NCBI RefSeq assembly: GCF_963921235.1
Contig: NC_086097.1
Location: 23,438,001 to 23,502,000, forward strand
DNA: 64,000 bases
Reading direction: 5' to 3'
From: Mobula hypostoma
Lineage: Eukaryota
This document shows positions 1-13,266 of the stretch, one piece after another; position 1 is the stretch's first letter; each line of letters opens with the position of its first letter. The translations under genes were made by a program, and so were the position numbers. The notes beneath the pieces were generated by a model. It saw only the letters and a program-made list of their open reading frames with translations. It did not search any database and was not told the origin of the DNA.

Positions 1-1209
1 GGGGGAGGGATGGGAAGCACCAGAGATGCATCCTGTAATGATCAATAAACCAATTATTTAGAATCAAATTACCTTACCTGGTGTCTCAGGGCTGAGTGAG
101 CCAGCTCCCTTCCCACCCCCCTCCACCCCACCTCACTCCTGACACCTGTCCCACAGCCCTTCCTGCAGCGCTTCTCCCTTGCCATTCCAAGCATCCTTTG
201 TTCCTGCCGGCTTTACAAACTCGCTCTCTGCTCTACGTTGTCAAATGTAGCACTGTGCAAAAGTCTCGGGCACGGTAGCACACTCTGTTATTAGCCAAGA
301 CTCAGGTTGGGTTGTGTAAATAAATAAATTGGTATCTAATTGCTGACTTGCTCTTAACTGAGCTGTGATAATAGATCAAATAATGGAAGGTAATAGAATA
401 TTAAAAATAATCTAATTAGAAGATAATAGATCTACGAAAATAATAAAGTTGTAAATAAAAATGTGTGGAGTAGCGAGATATTTATCAGGAGTGCTGAGCA
501 CACAGGGCACTTAGTATTGTCAATGACCGCCCCCCCGCCCCCCCCCCAGCTGTCCAACAATCTCTTTGACCGCCTACAATCAGGCAGAAGCTACCGTAGC
601 ATTAGGACAAAGACTGTTAGGATGGGAAGCAGCATCTTCCTCTAGGCAGTGAGACTACTGAACTCCCTGTCACAACCTAGTTCTCACAGCATGTGAAGCA
701 CCAGTAGTGTTATGCAGTTTACTTCTTAATTTGTGTCATAAATGCACCTATTTCTTTGTGGTGATATTAGTTTATGTGTTACGTGTGTGAGTTATATGTA
801 CTGTGTTCTTCAGCTTGATCCAGATGAGCATTGTTTCATTTGGCGATATACATGTATATGGTTGAATGACAATTAAACTTAAACTTGAATGTGAAGTTAT
901 AGTTAATACACTCAAGCAGAAAGGGGGCAGAACCGAATTATTTAACAATTTATCTATGCTATTTACAAATACAACAAAATGAAACCAGGCTTTTAAAGGG
1001 ATTGGAAGAAACACAGACTGCTGTAACTATCCAGCAGACCTGGCAGCATCACAGAGAAAGTAGAAGAGTTTCAAGTGAACATGAACTGTTAACTTACTCT
1101 CTTCGTAGATGCTGTCTGACCTGCTAAGTAGTTAAAGAACTCTTTTATTTCTGGTTTTCAGTACCCCTTGTTTTTGTTTTATTTTTACAGCGACTTCCCC
1201 AGGCTTTTT

Positions 1210-1450
1210 ACACTCAGTGGCCACTTTATTAGGTACACCTATATACCTCGTTTGCACTAATATCTAATCAGCCAAGTGTGTGGCATAAAAGCATGGAAAC
1301 ACAGTCAAGAGGTTCAGTTGTTATTCAGACCAAACATCGGAATGGGGAAGAAATGGTATCTAAGTGACTTTGACTGTGCAGTAATTGTTAGTGCCAGATG
1401 AGGTGGTTTGAGTATCTTCGATGGGATTTCCATGCACAGGAGTCTCAAGA
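1210..1450 (+). mobile_element. Tc1/mariner-type DNA transposon remnant (one end)
   Basis: Begins TA-CACTCAGTGGCCACTTTATTAGGTACAC; the internal sequence is the reverse complement of about 16030-16240. Confidence 0.7.
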
Positions 1451-1539
1451 TCAGGGGCTTCCAAAGCTGGAGTTTGCTGACCCCTTGCCTAATGGTATTG
1501 GGCCATGGCATAAAAAGGTTGGGCACCCCTGTATTAGAG

Positions 1540-2210
1540 TGTACGTAGAACAGTACAGCACAGCCTTTGGCCCACAATGTTATGCCAAACCAAATAAATT
1601 AGTAATCAAATGACCAAGTAAGCTAATCCCTTCTGCCTACACAATGTCCATATCCTTCCATTTTCCTCACATTCGTGTGCCTAACTAAACAGCTCTTAAA
1701 AATTCCTTATGTATGTGCTCCTACCATCACCACAGACTGTGCAGGCCAGGCACTCACCACTCTGTGTTTTTATTTTTTTTTTAAAAAAAGCTTGCCTTTC
1801 ACATCTCTTTTAAAATTTCCCCATCTTATCTTAAGTGCATGCCCTCTGGTATTAGACATTTCATCTCTGGGAAAAAGATGCCCTGTGTCTACTCTATCTA
1901 TACCTCTCATAATCTTATACATCTCTATCAGATCTCCCCTCAGCCTTTGGTGCTCCAGAGAAAACAACCCAAGTTTGTCCAACCTCACATTATAGCACAC
2001 GCCCTCTAATCCAGGTAGCATCCTGGTAAACCTCTTCTGCACCTTCTCCAAGGCGTTGACATCCTTTCTATAACGCAGTCAACCAGAACTGTATGCAACA
2101 CTCCAAATACAGTTTAACTAGAGGTTTATGAAGCTGCAACATAACTCCATGACTTTTGAACTCAATGCCTTGATTAATAAAGACAAGCACGCCATAAGCC
2201 ACCTTAATTA
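1540..2210 (-). mobile_element. CR1-like LINE 3' fragment
   Basis: ORF 1770..2051 EKVQKRFTRMLPGLEG...LGLFSLEHQRLRGDLIEMYKIMRGIDRVD...TRGH is the CR1 ORF2 C-terminus. Confidence 0.85.
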
Positions 2211-2384
2211 TTTGAATAACTATATTCACATTCACCACAGACAGACACTACATTAAAGCTGAATCAGTTTTTGACTTTGTAGATCCTAGTATTGTGTAGC
2301 ATTTTTGTTTTTAAAAGCCAGCTGTTTTTGAACAAAAAAACAACGATCATACCATGTTTAGATTTGTGCAAATCTGGGTCGGAG

Positions 2385-3330
2385 TTACACACACAAAATG
2401 CTAGTGGCACTTGGGATGTCAGGCAGCAACTATGGAGGGAAATGAACAATTGATGTTTCAAGGTCAAAGACCCTTCATCGGGACTGGAAAGGGAGAAGGC
2501 AGAATCTGGAATAAAAAGGTCAGAGCAAGAGCTGGAGGGTGGTAGGTGGATCTAGGTGAGGGGTATCAAGGAAATGATGTGAGAAAGCAGGAGGTTAGGT
2601 GAATGAGGTGTAGGGTTGATTAAGAAGGAGTTTGACGGGAAAGGACAGTGCACCATGAAATGAATGGAAAGAGGTGATGAACAAGAGAGAGGAAGGAGTA
2701 AGTGATGGGAAGGTTGTGAGGATAGGGGAGAGGAAGGGGGAGTAAATTGGCAAAAGGGATGAGGAAAAATAAAGGAGTGAGTGTGACAGAAGGGGCTGGT
2801 GAATCAGAAACAGACTTATTATCATTGAGATTTGTCGTGAAATTTGTTGTTATTTTGTGGTAGCAGTACAACGCAATATGTGAAAAAATACCATAAGTTA
2901 CAAGGGGAATGTATAACAATAGACCAACAGTTCAGAAAGAGATCAAAGTAGTGAAGGAGCATTCAAAATCTGATGGCAAACAAGAAGAAGCTGATCAAAC
3001 TGATGCCATCGGGTTGAAGACGACCAAGGTGGATTGTGAGCTGTTGTTCCTCCAACCTGTGATTGGCCTCATCTTGACAGTAGAAGAGGAAGTGGACAGA
3101 CATGGCAGTGTGGGAGTCAAATTAAAGTGGCTGGTCTCTAGGAGATCCTGATTGTTCCAGTGGATGCTGGGTCTTAACAATGTTGGAGAGCACGTGATAA
3201 AATAAGCCGTCTTGATGGATTCATAAGTGAAGAACTGGAAGAACTATTTAGGGCCTTGAATGGCGTTTCGCTGGGAGCTGTAGGGCGGGTGTAACACTTT
3301 ACGCGCTTGCAGGGGTAAGAGCCCAGAGGG
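2385..3330 (-). mobile_element. Penelope-like element 3' fragment, interrupted by other repeats
   Basis: Shares the terminal repeat, purine-rich tract and decayed coding end with the 54920-56310 copy. Confidence 0.6.
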
Positions 3331-3819
3331 TAATATGGAGGGTTCCAGCATCTGAGGTGCAGATTTCTAGTATTTGCATTCTCTCTGTCAAAGTTATTGG
3401 TTTATTAAACAATCAATTATTTTGAGGTTTTCTTTGTTACCCATCATTTTTTTTCTCAGTGGTGTGAAAAATGCATCACAAATAGCTGTGGTAATTAGCT
3501 GGTGAAGAATAATCCATACTGTTACTGTGAGAATGACATATAGGCCACTGATAATGATTTGATTATTGGCAAGAAGTTTAGGAGGCTCTTTCTTGAGGAA
3601 CGATCATTCAGGCATCCATATTGTATTCACAGGTTAAGCAAGATGTAACTCAGTCTGACGTTGTTCTTGTGCAGCTTTTGATCACATTTGGTGCTTTGTC
3701 CTTCTCCCATCCCTTCAGTAACTTGCACTATGGTTTACGGTCACTATTTCAATCAGCGTGAGGCTGTCTCCATTTAAATAACTTCTACTGTTCATTTTCT
3801 TTTTGAGCTATCAATAAGA

Positions 3820-5095
3820 CTGAAAGAGCTTGGAGAAAGTTTACAAGGATATTGCCAGGACATGGGGACCTGAATCCCAGGGAAACATTGAATAGATTAA
3901 GACTTTATTCCCTGGAGTATAGGAGAATGAAGGGGGAATTGCTAGAGATTTATAAAATTATAAGGGGTTGAGATAGGGCAAATGCAAGCAGGCTTTTCCA
4001 CTGAGGCTGGGTGAGATTACAACTAGAGAGGTTGTGTTAGTAAGGAAACTACTTTACTCCGAGGATGCTGTGCGTGTGGAATGAACTGCCAGAGGAAGTG
4101 GTGGGTTTGATTTCAACATTTAAAAGAAGCTTGGATAAGTACGTGGATGGGTTGGAGGACTATGGTCCAGGTGCAGGACAATGAAACTAGGCAGAATAAT
4201 ATGCATTTTGTCATAGACTAGATGGGCTGAAGAGCCTGTTTCTGAGCTGAGGTGCTCTATGACTCTTTTGCCTTGTCCTTCACTGATAAAAGAAGACATG
4301 GGAACAGCATATCTTGCGGCCCCCTCCAAGGACGTGTGCAAACATCTCCTAGGGGCCACATCGATTCACTTCAGCTGACTGAGTTTCCTTCCACACACCA
4401 AAAATGTGCAGGTTTGTCAGGTTAATCTTCTGTTCTCTGTGTCCCTCCTCCATGTGTAGGCAAAGAGTAGAACCTGGGGAAAGCTAAGGGGCAGACATGC
4501 TGGTGGCTCCAGGCCTGTACTTACTGGAGTTTAGAAGAATGAGGAGGGGTCTCATTGAAAACTGCCGAATATTTCAAGGCCGAGATAGAGTGGATGTGGA
4601 TAAGATGGAATATCCCTTTGGAACTGAGTTGAGGAGAAATTTCTTTAGCCAGTGGGTGATTAATCTCTAGAATTCGTTGAGAAGTTTGTAGGCCATTACT
4701 GAGCATAATTAAAGTGGTTGCTAGGTTCTTAATTAGTAAGTACAACAAAGATTATGTAGCGAAAGCTGGGAAAAGAGTTGGAAAGGAAAATAAGTCAACC
4801 AGGAGATGTCAGTGGTAAGTTTTTTACATAGAGAATGGAGAGTGTGTGGAATGGGCTGCCGGCAACGGTAGTGGATATGGATATGATAGGGTCTTTTAAG
4901 AGACTTTTGGATAGGCACATGGAGTTTAGAAAAATAGAGGGCTATGGGTAAGCCTACTAATTTCTAAGGTAGGGACATGTTCGGCACAATATTGTGGGCC
5001 GAAGGGCCTGTATTGTGCTGTAGGTTTTCTATGTCTCTATGATAGAATAGCAGCGAAGACTGGAATGACCTAATTCTACCCATACGTCCTATGGC
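3820..5095 (+). mobile_element. Cluster of CR1-like LINE 3' fragments
   Basis: Recurrent ...tttacaaggat..., ...gaatgagg(g)gg...ctcattgaaa... and 3' UTR gggccgaagggcctgt motifs; frameshifted. Confidence 0.75.
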
Positions 5096-5339
5096 AGAAT
5101 AAAACATATGGCAGAAATTCTTGGAGAATTTATGTGAATGGTGTCTTGATGTTTCTGGGCTGTAAGACTTTCTACTGATAGGCAGGGAGTTCCAGAAGTC
5201 CCAGCTCCTTGCAACTCCCATCCACAAAACTACAAAGGGATGAAAGTAACTTTCCTGTAGATGATAATGTGCATGTGTTAAGAATTTGCAAGTGGCAAGG
5301 TTCTCTTGACTGTGTTGTGTAATCCTTACAGATTGAGTT

Positions 5340-7110
5340 GTAGAGCAATACTGCATGGACACAACTTATTTAGCCCAATGAGTCCATGCCAACAAGTCCC
5401 AATTATCTGCATTTGAGCCACATCCCTCTGAGCTCTGCCCCTGTATGTACCTGTCCAAGTGCCTCTTCAAAGACGCTGTTGCAGCCTCAACCACTTCTTC
5501 TGGAAGCTTGCTCCACAAACTTACCATCCTCTGTGTGAAGAAGTTGTATCTCAGGTCTCTTTTAAATCTTTCTCCTCTTGCCCTGAATATACGCCCCTTA
5601 GTTTTGAATTCCACTCATTCCTAATGTGCCGTGTGTCATAAGATGTGGGCGATCGTGGTCTTCCCATGATCATGAATGCTCTTGGCAAAATTTTCGAACA
5701 AGTGGTTTGCCATTGACTTCTCTGGGTAGTGTCTTTACAAGACAGGTGACCCCAGCCATTATCAATACTCTTCAGAGTTTGTTTGCCTGGCGTCAGTGGT
5801 CGCATTAGGACTTGTGATGCTCATACGACCATCCACCACCTGCTCCCATAGTTTCACAAGACCCTGATGTGGTGGGGGGGGGGGCGTGGGAAAAGCTGAT
5901 ACACCTTATCCAAGGGTGACCTGCAGGCTATACCAGAGGAAAGGAGTGCCTTGCACCTCCTTTAGTAGAGACATATCTCCATCCCACCACCCAAGAACTC
6001 CACTACCCAAATTTATAGAGGTCATCCCTCACTTTCTTATGCTCCCAGGAATAAAACCTAGTGTGGATAACTTCTCCCTATAACTACAGCTCTCAAGTCC
6101 CACCAAGGTTCTTGTAAAACCTTTCAATATTTTTTTCCAATTTAACCATGTCTTTCCTTTAACAAATTGAGCAAAACTGTGCACAGTGCTCAAAGTGCAT
6201 CCTCACCAATGACTTGTACAAATGTAACATGATGTTCCAACTCCTATCCTCTGATAGGAGTATTGTCTGAAACTCTGACTAATAAAGACCAGCATGTTAA
6301 CTGTTATTTTCACCACGCTGTCTACCTGCCGTGCTGCTATCAACAAGTTATCCTCTTGTACTCCTAGGTCTGTCTGCTCTATTAGACACCCTGCCATTCA
6401 TAGTATAAGGTCCTACACGCTTTGACTTTCCAAAATGCATTACATCACACTCTTTCTACACTACTGCCTGTTGCGCCACTGGTATTCAGGGCAGCAATGA
6501 AGATCCTCAGTCTCTGGTATTCAGAGCAGCAATGAAGATCCTTAGTCTCTGGTATTCAGGGCAGCAATGAAGGTCCTCAGTCTCTGGTGGTGTTCAGGGC
6601 TTCCTTCATCGTGTCCATAGCTTCCTTTTGATTTTCACTACTGTCAGTCATGCAAGTCCCAGGTGGAGACTCAGGAATACCATCTCACTCAGATGTAGAA
6701 GGTTCTTCGTTGCCATTTTTGTAACATTTTTGTTTTACCAGTCAGGGCTGTTGGCCCTGAGCTGAACCCCCAAACCTGGACCACTCCGGGTCTGTCCTGG
6801 ACTCTTTGACCAGTTTGGCATGGGTGACCCTGCCAAGAGCCAAAGCATAAAGCCCTGACTCCAGCCAACACAGCTCTCTGGGTCATTGAGGCACACAAGC
6901 CTCCAGACCACGACATGGTTGTGGTCCTCTTGAAGGGCCTCACACTTACCTGTGTTGAAATCTATTTGTCACTCCTCGGCCCACTTCCCAAACTGATCAA
7001 GATCATCATAATTTTCTTTATTGCCAGCATCACCTGCTAATTTTGTGCCATCTGCAATGTTACTGATCAAGTCTTGTTCATTTGCATTTAAAACATTTAT
7101 ATAGGTAATA
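5340..7110 (-). mobile_element. CR1-like LINE fragment split by two SINE-like insertions (about 5625-5990 and 6452-6939)
   Basis: ORF 5366..5614 (FFTQRMVSLWSKLPEEVVEA) and 6203..6397 are CR1 ORF2-like. TSD TCACACT at 6445-6451 and 6940-6946 flanks the second insertion. Confidence 0.7.
6479..6587. repeat. 35-bp tandem repeat, 3 copies
   Basis: Unit ctggtattcagggcagcaatgaagatcctcagtct starting at 6479, 6514 and 6549. Confidence 0.9.
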
Positions 7111-7738
7111 ACACAGATGAGAATAATGTTGATGGTATATTTAGATAGACATTTTAATTAATATACAAGAAGCAAAAGAAACCACTATATATTTATGAGG
7201 CAAAAAAATTATGAAGCAGATGGTTCCATTATCTGACCTGAGTGGAAACTGTAATTCAGTTTAATATCACACGCACCAAAATGGATTCAGCAAAAGTTCA
7301 AATCAATTATATTCATCAATTCAAGGAGCTCCATCACACTCCTCAGTTCAAGTTGCGGCTCCAGTTACTGGCATATCTATTGTGGATTACAAATACCCAG
7401 TTATCTCATTATCCCTATGAAATGGCATATCTCAAAATACAATCAAAAATTTGTGAATCGAAGATAGATGTCACCAGTTGAATTGATGGGATATTATTGA
7501 ATTTGAGTATTTTATCACGCATTGTATTTATTGCATTAGAGCTGTAATAAAGATTGGTTTTAAAACTTATAGAATTTAGCTTGAAAATGATGCACTTCTT
7601 TGCAACTAAAGGTAGGGTGGTGGTGTCAAGATTCAAGATTGAGTAATGTCATTTCCAGTACAAAAGTGTAAAGGAGAGCAAATAATTGTTAAACATAACA
7701 CGAGAAAGTCTGCAGTTGCTGGAAATCCAAAGGAACGA

Positions 7739-7756
<18 letters not shown>

Positions 7757-7770
<14 letters not shown>

Positions 7771-7916
7771 CCGGAGGAACTCAACAGAACAGGCAGCATC
7801 TCTGGAAAAGAATAAACAGTCGACATCCTTCAGGCTTGAGACCGAAACGTCGACAGTTTATGCATTTCCATCGATGCTGCCTGACCTGCTGAGTTCCTCC
7901 AGCATTTTGTGTGTGT
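7757..7916. repeat. Palindromic Penelope-terminus-derived element; related copies near 16720-16945, 19022-19220, 33428-33660, 46830-47020 and 60530-60670
   Basis: Left arm acacacaaaatgccggaggaactcaacagaacaggcagcatc is the near reverse complement of right arm gatgctgcctgacctgctgagttcctccagcattttgtgtgt. Confidence 0.85.
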
Positions 7917-8455
7917 TGCTTTGAAATAATTGTTCCTCCAGCACAAAAATACCAACAAGATAAAGTACACAATATTAAAAAACCCACATTTATTATTAAT
8001 ATATAAGGTAGTTTATATAGATTGATTGTATGTCCATTATGTAACACCAGGTACAGGAGGGTCTGTATATAAGGTGACCCTGACAGGAAGTGATAAAGTA
8101 GTGGTGGTGAGGGAGGTGTGGAGGGGTGGGTCAGGGGGTGGAACTGTCAATCAGCCTTGCTGCTTGGAAGAAGCAGCTGTTTTTGAGTCGGGTGATCCTT
8201 CATGGATGCTATGTTGCCTCTTCACTGATGGGAGAGGAATGAACAGTCCATGAGCAGGGAGGGAGGGGTCTTTCATTATGTTCCTAGGTTTTCATTGATA
8301 ATTAAGGGCAGAAATCTTATTGCTCAGAGAAGATTCAGATGCAACTGTGCTTTAAAGTTAATCTAGAAACAATGAGACTTTATTGCGATCCTGATGAAGA
8401 TAATGTCATGAATGTTATGTTCAAACTAACATTATTTGCCCAACCCATTCCCCAG

Positions 8456-8575
8456 GTAAAGGACCGGAGACACTTTATGCTGGGCAGAAGCTGAATGATA
8501 ATGACTGGCATGCAGTCAGAGTGGTTCGTCGAGGTAAACATTTAAAGCTGATGGTCGATGAAGTCACAGCAGAAG
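8456..8575 (+). CDS. NRXN3: Alpha-neurexin-3 coding exon, LNS4 domain, first exon after splice site 3 ([41 protein letters not shown])
   Basis: Acceptor cccag at 8451-8455, donor gtacgg at 8576; 120 nt, phase 1/1. The translation matches recalled neurexin-3 [40 protein letters not shown]. Not in the ORF track. Confidence 0.95.
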
Positions 8576-9939
8576 GTACGGTCATCTGAGTTGTTTAATT
8601 CGTCTAACATACGATTGACTCTGCAAGATTAAGTTAATGTACTTTAAAGAGTGGATTTAAATAATTTAAACACCATGTGTAATGAAAATATTTTATAATT
8701 TGTTCCATATTCTTTTCTGATATGGCAAGAGGCATCTGTTCATGCTTTCGCAAGCAAAGGAGTTACTGAGCATGCTTTAAACTACGTGAAATCATTTTAT
8801 TAGAGTTATGGAATGCAGAAAGAAGGACAAATAATTAATGAAGTAGCGGTACAGAAAACATTCTTGTATTTATCATCCACTAAGTGAGCTGAATGCTGGA
8901 GGGAACAATACATCCAACCAACTTTCACATGGCATTCTCTATTTCTGTCTCTCTATCTCCTCCATCTCAAGCCCCCTCATAATTCTGTATACTTCTGTCA
9001 AATCTGTCCTCATTTTCCTACCCTCAAGGAACTAAAGTCCTAACCTATTCGACCTTTCCCTATAAGCTCAGGTCCTCAAATCTCGGCAACGTCCTTGTAA
9101 AATTTCTCTTCACTCTTTCAATCTTATTGATATCTTTCCTGAAGGGAGGTGATCAGAAATTTGGCCTCCATATTTGGTCTCACCAACATCTTATGCAGGG
9201 TGAACAGAACATCCCATGACTTCTCTGAATTAACTCAGTTCATCCACCCACTTTGATGATCGATCGATGTCCTGATTTGACCTCAGGGAGCCTTTAACAT
9301 ACATCATATCAATTTTGTTTACATGCCCAATGGTGATATCAAAACCTAGTCTGAGTTATGTGTGCACAGAAGCTAATATCATTAAACACTACTCTGAGCA
9401 AAAAGGGTGAAGACTGTTATTGCATTCCACATGCCAGTTATACACTACAAGTTCACACGTGAGATTGGTGCAGAACAGTTCCAAGATGACTTTAACATCT
9501 TATAACATAGAACATGGAACAGTAGAACACAGAACGTGCCATTCAACCTACAAAGTTGTGCTGACCATTTTAATCTCTCCAAGGTCAACCTAACTGTTCC
9601 CTCCCATGTCGTCGTCATCATCATCATTCCCACTGCTGCCTGTAAGGGGTTTGTACGTTCTCTCCGTGACTGCATGGGTTTCCTCCCACATTCCAAAGAC
9701 GTACCAGTTTGTGGGTTAATCGGTTATTGTAAACTATCCTTTGATTAGGCTGGATTAAATTGGGGGATTCCTGGGCAGCACAGCTCAAAGGGCCGGAAGG
9801 CCCTATTCCATGCTGTATCTCAATAAATAAATAAATACATTTTGTGCCATGTTGTGTGATGTGGGTAATCATGACCTTTATGACCAGGATTGTAATCGGC
9901 AAATTTTTCTAAAGATGTTGTTTGCCATTGCTTTCTTCC

Positions 9940-10625
9940 CATGTATCCCTCCATTTTTCTATCATATCAACCATGTGCCTCTCTAAGACTTTCTTAAATG
10001 CCCCTAATACATCAGCCTCTACCTGCACCCTGACAGGGCATTCCATACACCTACCACTCTCTATGTGTGTAAAACAAAATCCTGCCTATGATATCCACAC
10101 TGCATTTTCCTCCAATCAGTTTAAAATTATGACTCTTACAAGAAGTAGCCATTTTCACCCTGGGAAAAAGTATTTGGCTGTTCACTCTACCTATGCCTCA
10201 TTATTATATATACATCTATTAAGACACCTCTCATCCTCCTTTCTCCAAGGAGAAAAGCCCTAGTTCACTCAAACTATCCTCATAAGGAGGGAGTTCCCAG
10301 GCATGGATCCCTTGGTTAATAGTAGGGGTCCATGGCATAAAGTTTGAGAACCCCTGTGATAAAACAGCCAGCCAGCATCCGAGTAAATCTCTAATACAGC
10401 CAGCATCCAAGTAAATCTCCTCTGCACCCTTCTCTAAAGCTTCCACATCTTTCCTACTTTGAGGTGACTAGAACTGAACATAATATTCCAAGTCTGGTCT
10501 AACTTAGAGCACTGCAACATTACCTCTCAGCTGTTGGATTCAATCCCTGACTAATGGAGGCCAACACACCATACAACTTCTTAACAACCCTATCAACTTG
10601 CACAGCAACTTTGTGGGGTCTATGA
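9940..10625 (-). mobile_element. CR1-like LINE 3' fragment containing a short hAT-MITE remnant (about 10290-10356)
   Basis: ORF 10231..10446 ends YEDSLSELGLFSLE; ...gtttgagaacccctg terminus of the MITE. Confidence 0.7.
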
Positions 10626-12879
10626 GTGAGAAGGTAGGAAGAGTTCTTACTCACATTTCAAATATAATGTCAACACAGCCACTAAGAATTATGCAGGGTT
10701 TGATATTAGACTTGACCAGGTGTGAGAAACTGAAACCATTAGGTTGGTCACCTGTCAGATATTCTACCTAATCTTCAGCACCCTCGATTTATTCAGTGCT
10801 ACAGCAGAGAGTAGGCCTTTTTGGCCCTTCAGGTCACACCGCCCCAGCAACTCCCATCAAACCCCATTAACCCTAACCTAATCACGGGACAGTGTACAAT
10901 AACCAATTAACCTACTTGGTACATCTTTGGACTGTGGGAGGAAACTGGAGGACCCGGAGAAAACCCACACATCCCACAGGGAGGATGAACGGACTCCTTA
11001 CAGACGATGCTGGAATTGAACCCCAAATTGCGGAATGCCTTGAGCTCGAATAGCGTTGTGCTAACCACTATACTATCATGGCGTCATTTAATAACTTGAT
11101 TGGCAAAGATGGGTTTTCCTGTGTTTCTCTACAATTAATAATTATTATCTACCTATTTACGTTACATGCCCATATTATCTGCCCATACTTCCCCTTCGTC
11201 ATTCCCATTGAAGATGATCAATAACTTGGGAAATTTACTGAATCCAACCTTGCAAAGGATACTTATGTGACAGGTTTACAGATGAACGTCGGGGAGTTCT
11301 GAATCATTGATCAGGAGGAGGACATCAGGCATTGCATTGAAGATACAAGTGAAAAGTTACCTGAGCTGGTGGTGCCATTTTGTCGAGAAACAGACTGGAT
11401 GACTACAATGATGTGTAACATGGAAGTAAATGGAATTAACACAAATGGGTATTTCAGGCCAGTTGATCTCCCTTCCACACCTCAACAAATTTAAGCCAAC
11501 CTTATCACCACAGCTTTGCATTCTGTAGACAGAAGGAATTCACAAGGAGATCTTCAGAACATGCCTTCTCTTGAGGTCAACTTACCCAGGAACATGTTCT
11601 CTTCAATCCATAGTTTTCATTATTCCTCTAATCTTTCTTATTTGCCTTCCTCTTCTCCCCATCCCAACATTTCTACCCACATGTGTTGTGTGTACATTGT
11701 CTGAGATAAGCCGGGCAATGTCAGGCTTCAGCACCTATGTTCTATGTGAGCTGTGTGTAATTCAAATGGCACAGTGGCAATCTTCTGCTCTGGAGTTTTA
11801 TGAAGCCATTGCTAGGGTAGTAACCAGGCGTAAGTTCTCTACAGTTCACTTTAGCCAACAGCTTATGACTCAGTTTACTAGACTTTGCCTGGTACCAACA
11901 TTGTAGGGTCCTGCTTTATCTCACTACAACCTACTCATCCCCTAATCCCTCTGCTGTGTAACGGAGCCAGGAATTCACTAGTCCCTGCAATGAATCACTG
12001 TAATCTGCCTCTACATATTCCATGCTCTCTCAAGCACTTGTCCAACTATCCCTTAAAATGCTTCAACAATATCTAGAGCTACCAAATTCTACATTCCCTA
12101 TCTCTTCAGGGATGCTGAGCATATGGTGCAAAAGATACTGCAGCTGCCCAACAGCTGCAGGGTCCTGAGTTCAGCTCTCCCTCCCTGGTGCTGTCTGTGT
12201 GGAGAACACATGCTTGTTCTTTGACTACATGAGTTACTGCTTTCACACTCTCACTTTAGAATTGAAGCAGAATTAGGTCATTTCTGTCCTGAAGGGAAGT
12301 CTTTGTATTTTGACACCATGTCCTCTGGTCCTCAACTCCCCCACTATTGAAAACATCCTCTTCCACACGTCCACTGTATCTAGGCCTTTCAATATTAGAT
12401 AGATTTCAACAATCTCCCTCATTCTAAACAACAGTAAGGCCAGGCTGAGGGTCATCATAGGCTCCTCATATGTTATGATTGTTCAATTATTATAAAATAA
12501 TGTATTCAAATAAATAAGGTGAAACTTAGTTATGTCCTCAAAGGTGTAGATGTATGATAGGAGAATGAGGAGGGGAATTGATAGACATTTGAGTGGGAGT
12601 AGGTTGTGAGAGAAAATGGGGGACTATAGGATTGGTGAGTTTGCTCCAATAGCCATCATAGACTTGATGGGCCCAATTTACTCCTGTGTCATTAAGAAAT
12701 ATGGGAGCACTCTACCTTTAGCACGCCTGGTATACTTGCGTACGGGGAAGGTGGAATCATGAAACGGTACAGTGCAGGACAGGCCCGTCAGCCCACAATA
12801 TTGTGCAGCAGTAATTCGCTAGCAATGAATACCTGACTAAACCAGTCCCTTCTGTCGACACCATTCTATATCCCCACTA

Positions 12880-13266
12880 ATGAGAGGGATCTTATTGAAG
12901 CTTATCAACAACTAAAAAAGGCGTAGATCGCATATGGAGAGGATATTTCCTATAGTGGAGGAGTCTAGAACCAGAAGGCACCGCCTCAGAATAGGGGAAT
13001 GTCTATGCAGAACAGAGATGAGGAGGAGTTTCTTTAGCTAGAGGGCGGCGAATCTGTGGAATTCATTGCCATAGATGGCTGTGGAGGCCAACTCAATGTA
13101 TATACTTAAAAGTGGTGGTTGATAGCTCCTTGATTAGTCAGGGCATCAAAGGTTATGAGAAGACAGAAAAATGGGATTAAGGCAGATAATAAATCAGCGG
13201 TAATGGAATGGTGGAACAGACCTGATGGACTGAATGGCCTAATTATGCTCCTACGTCTTATGGTCT
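12880..13266 (+). mobile_element. CR1-like LINE 3' end
   Basis: Same 3' region and tail (ggcctaatt..gctccta..tcttatggtct) as the 30600-32534 element. Confidence 0.75.

Noticed and set aside
1..8455. Neurexin splice-site-3 microexon (DCIRINCNS-like)
   Set aside because: Searched by eye upstream of 8456 and found no convincing AG/GT-bounded match; probably 5' of the window, though I may have missed it.
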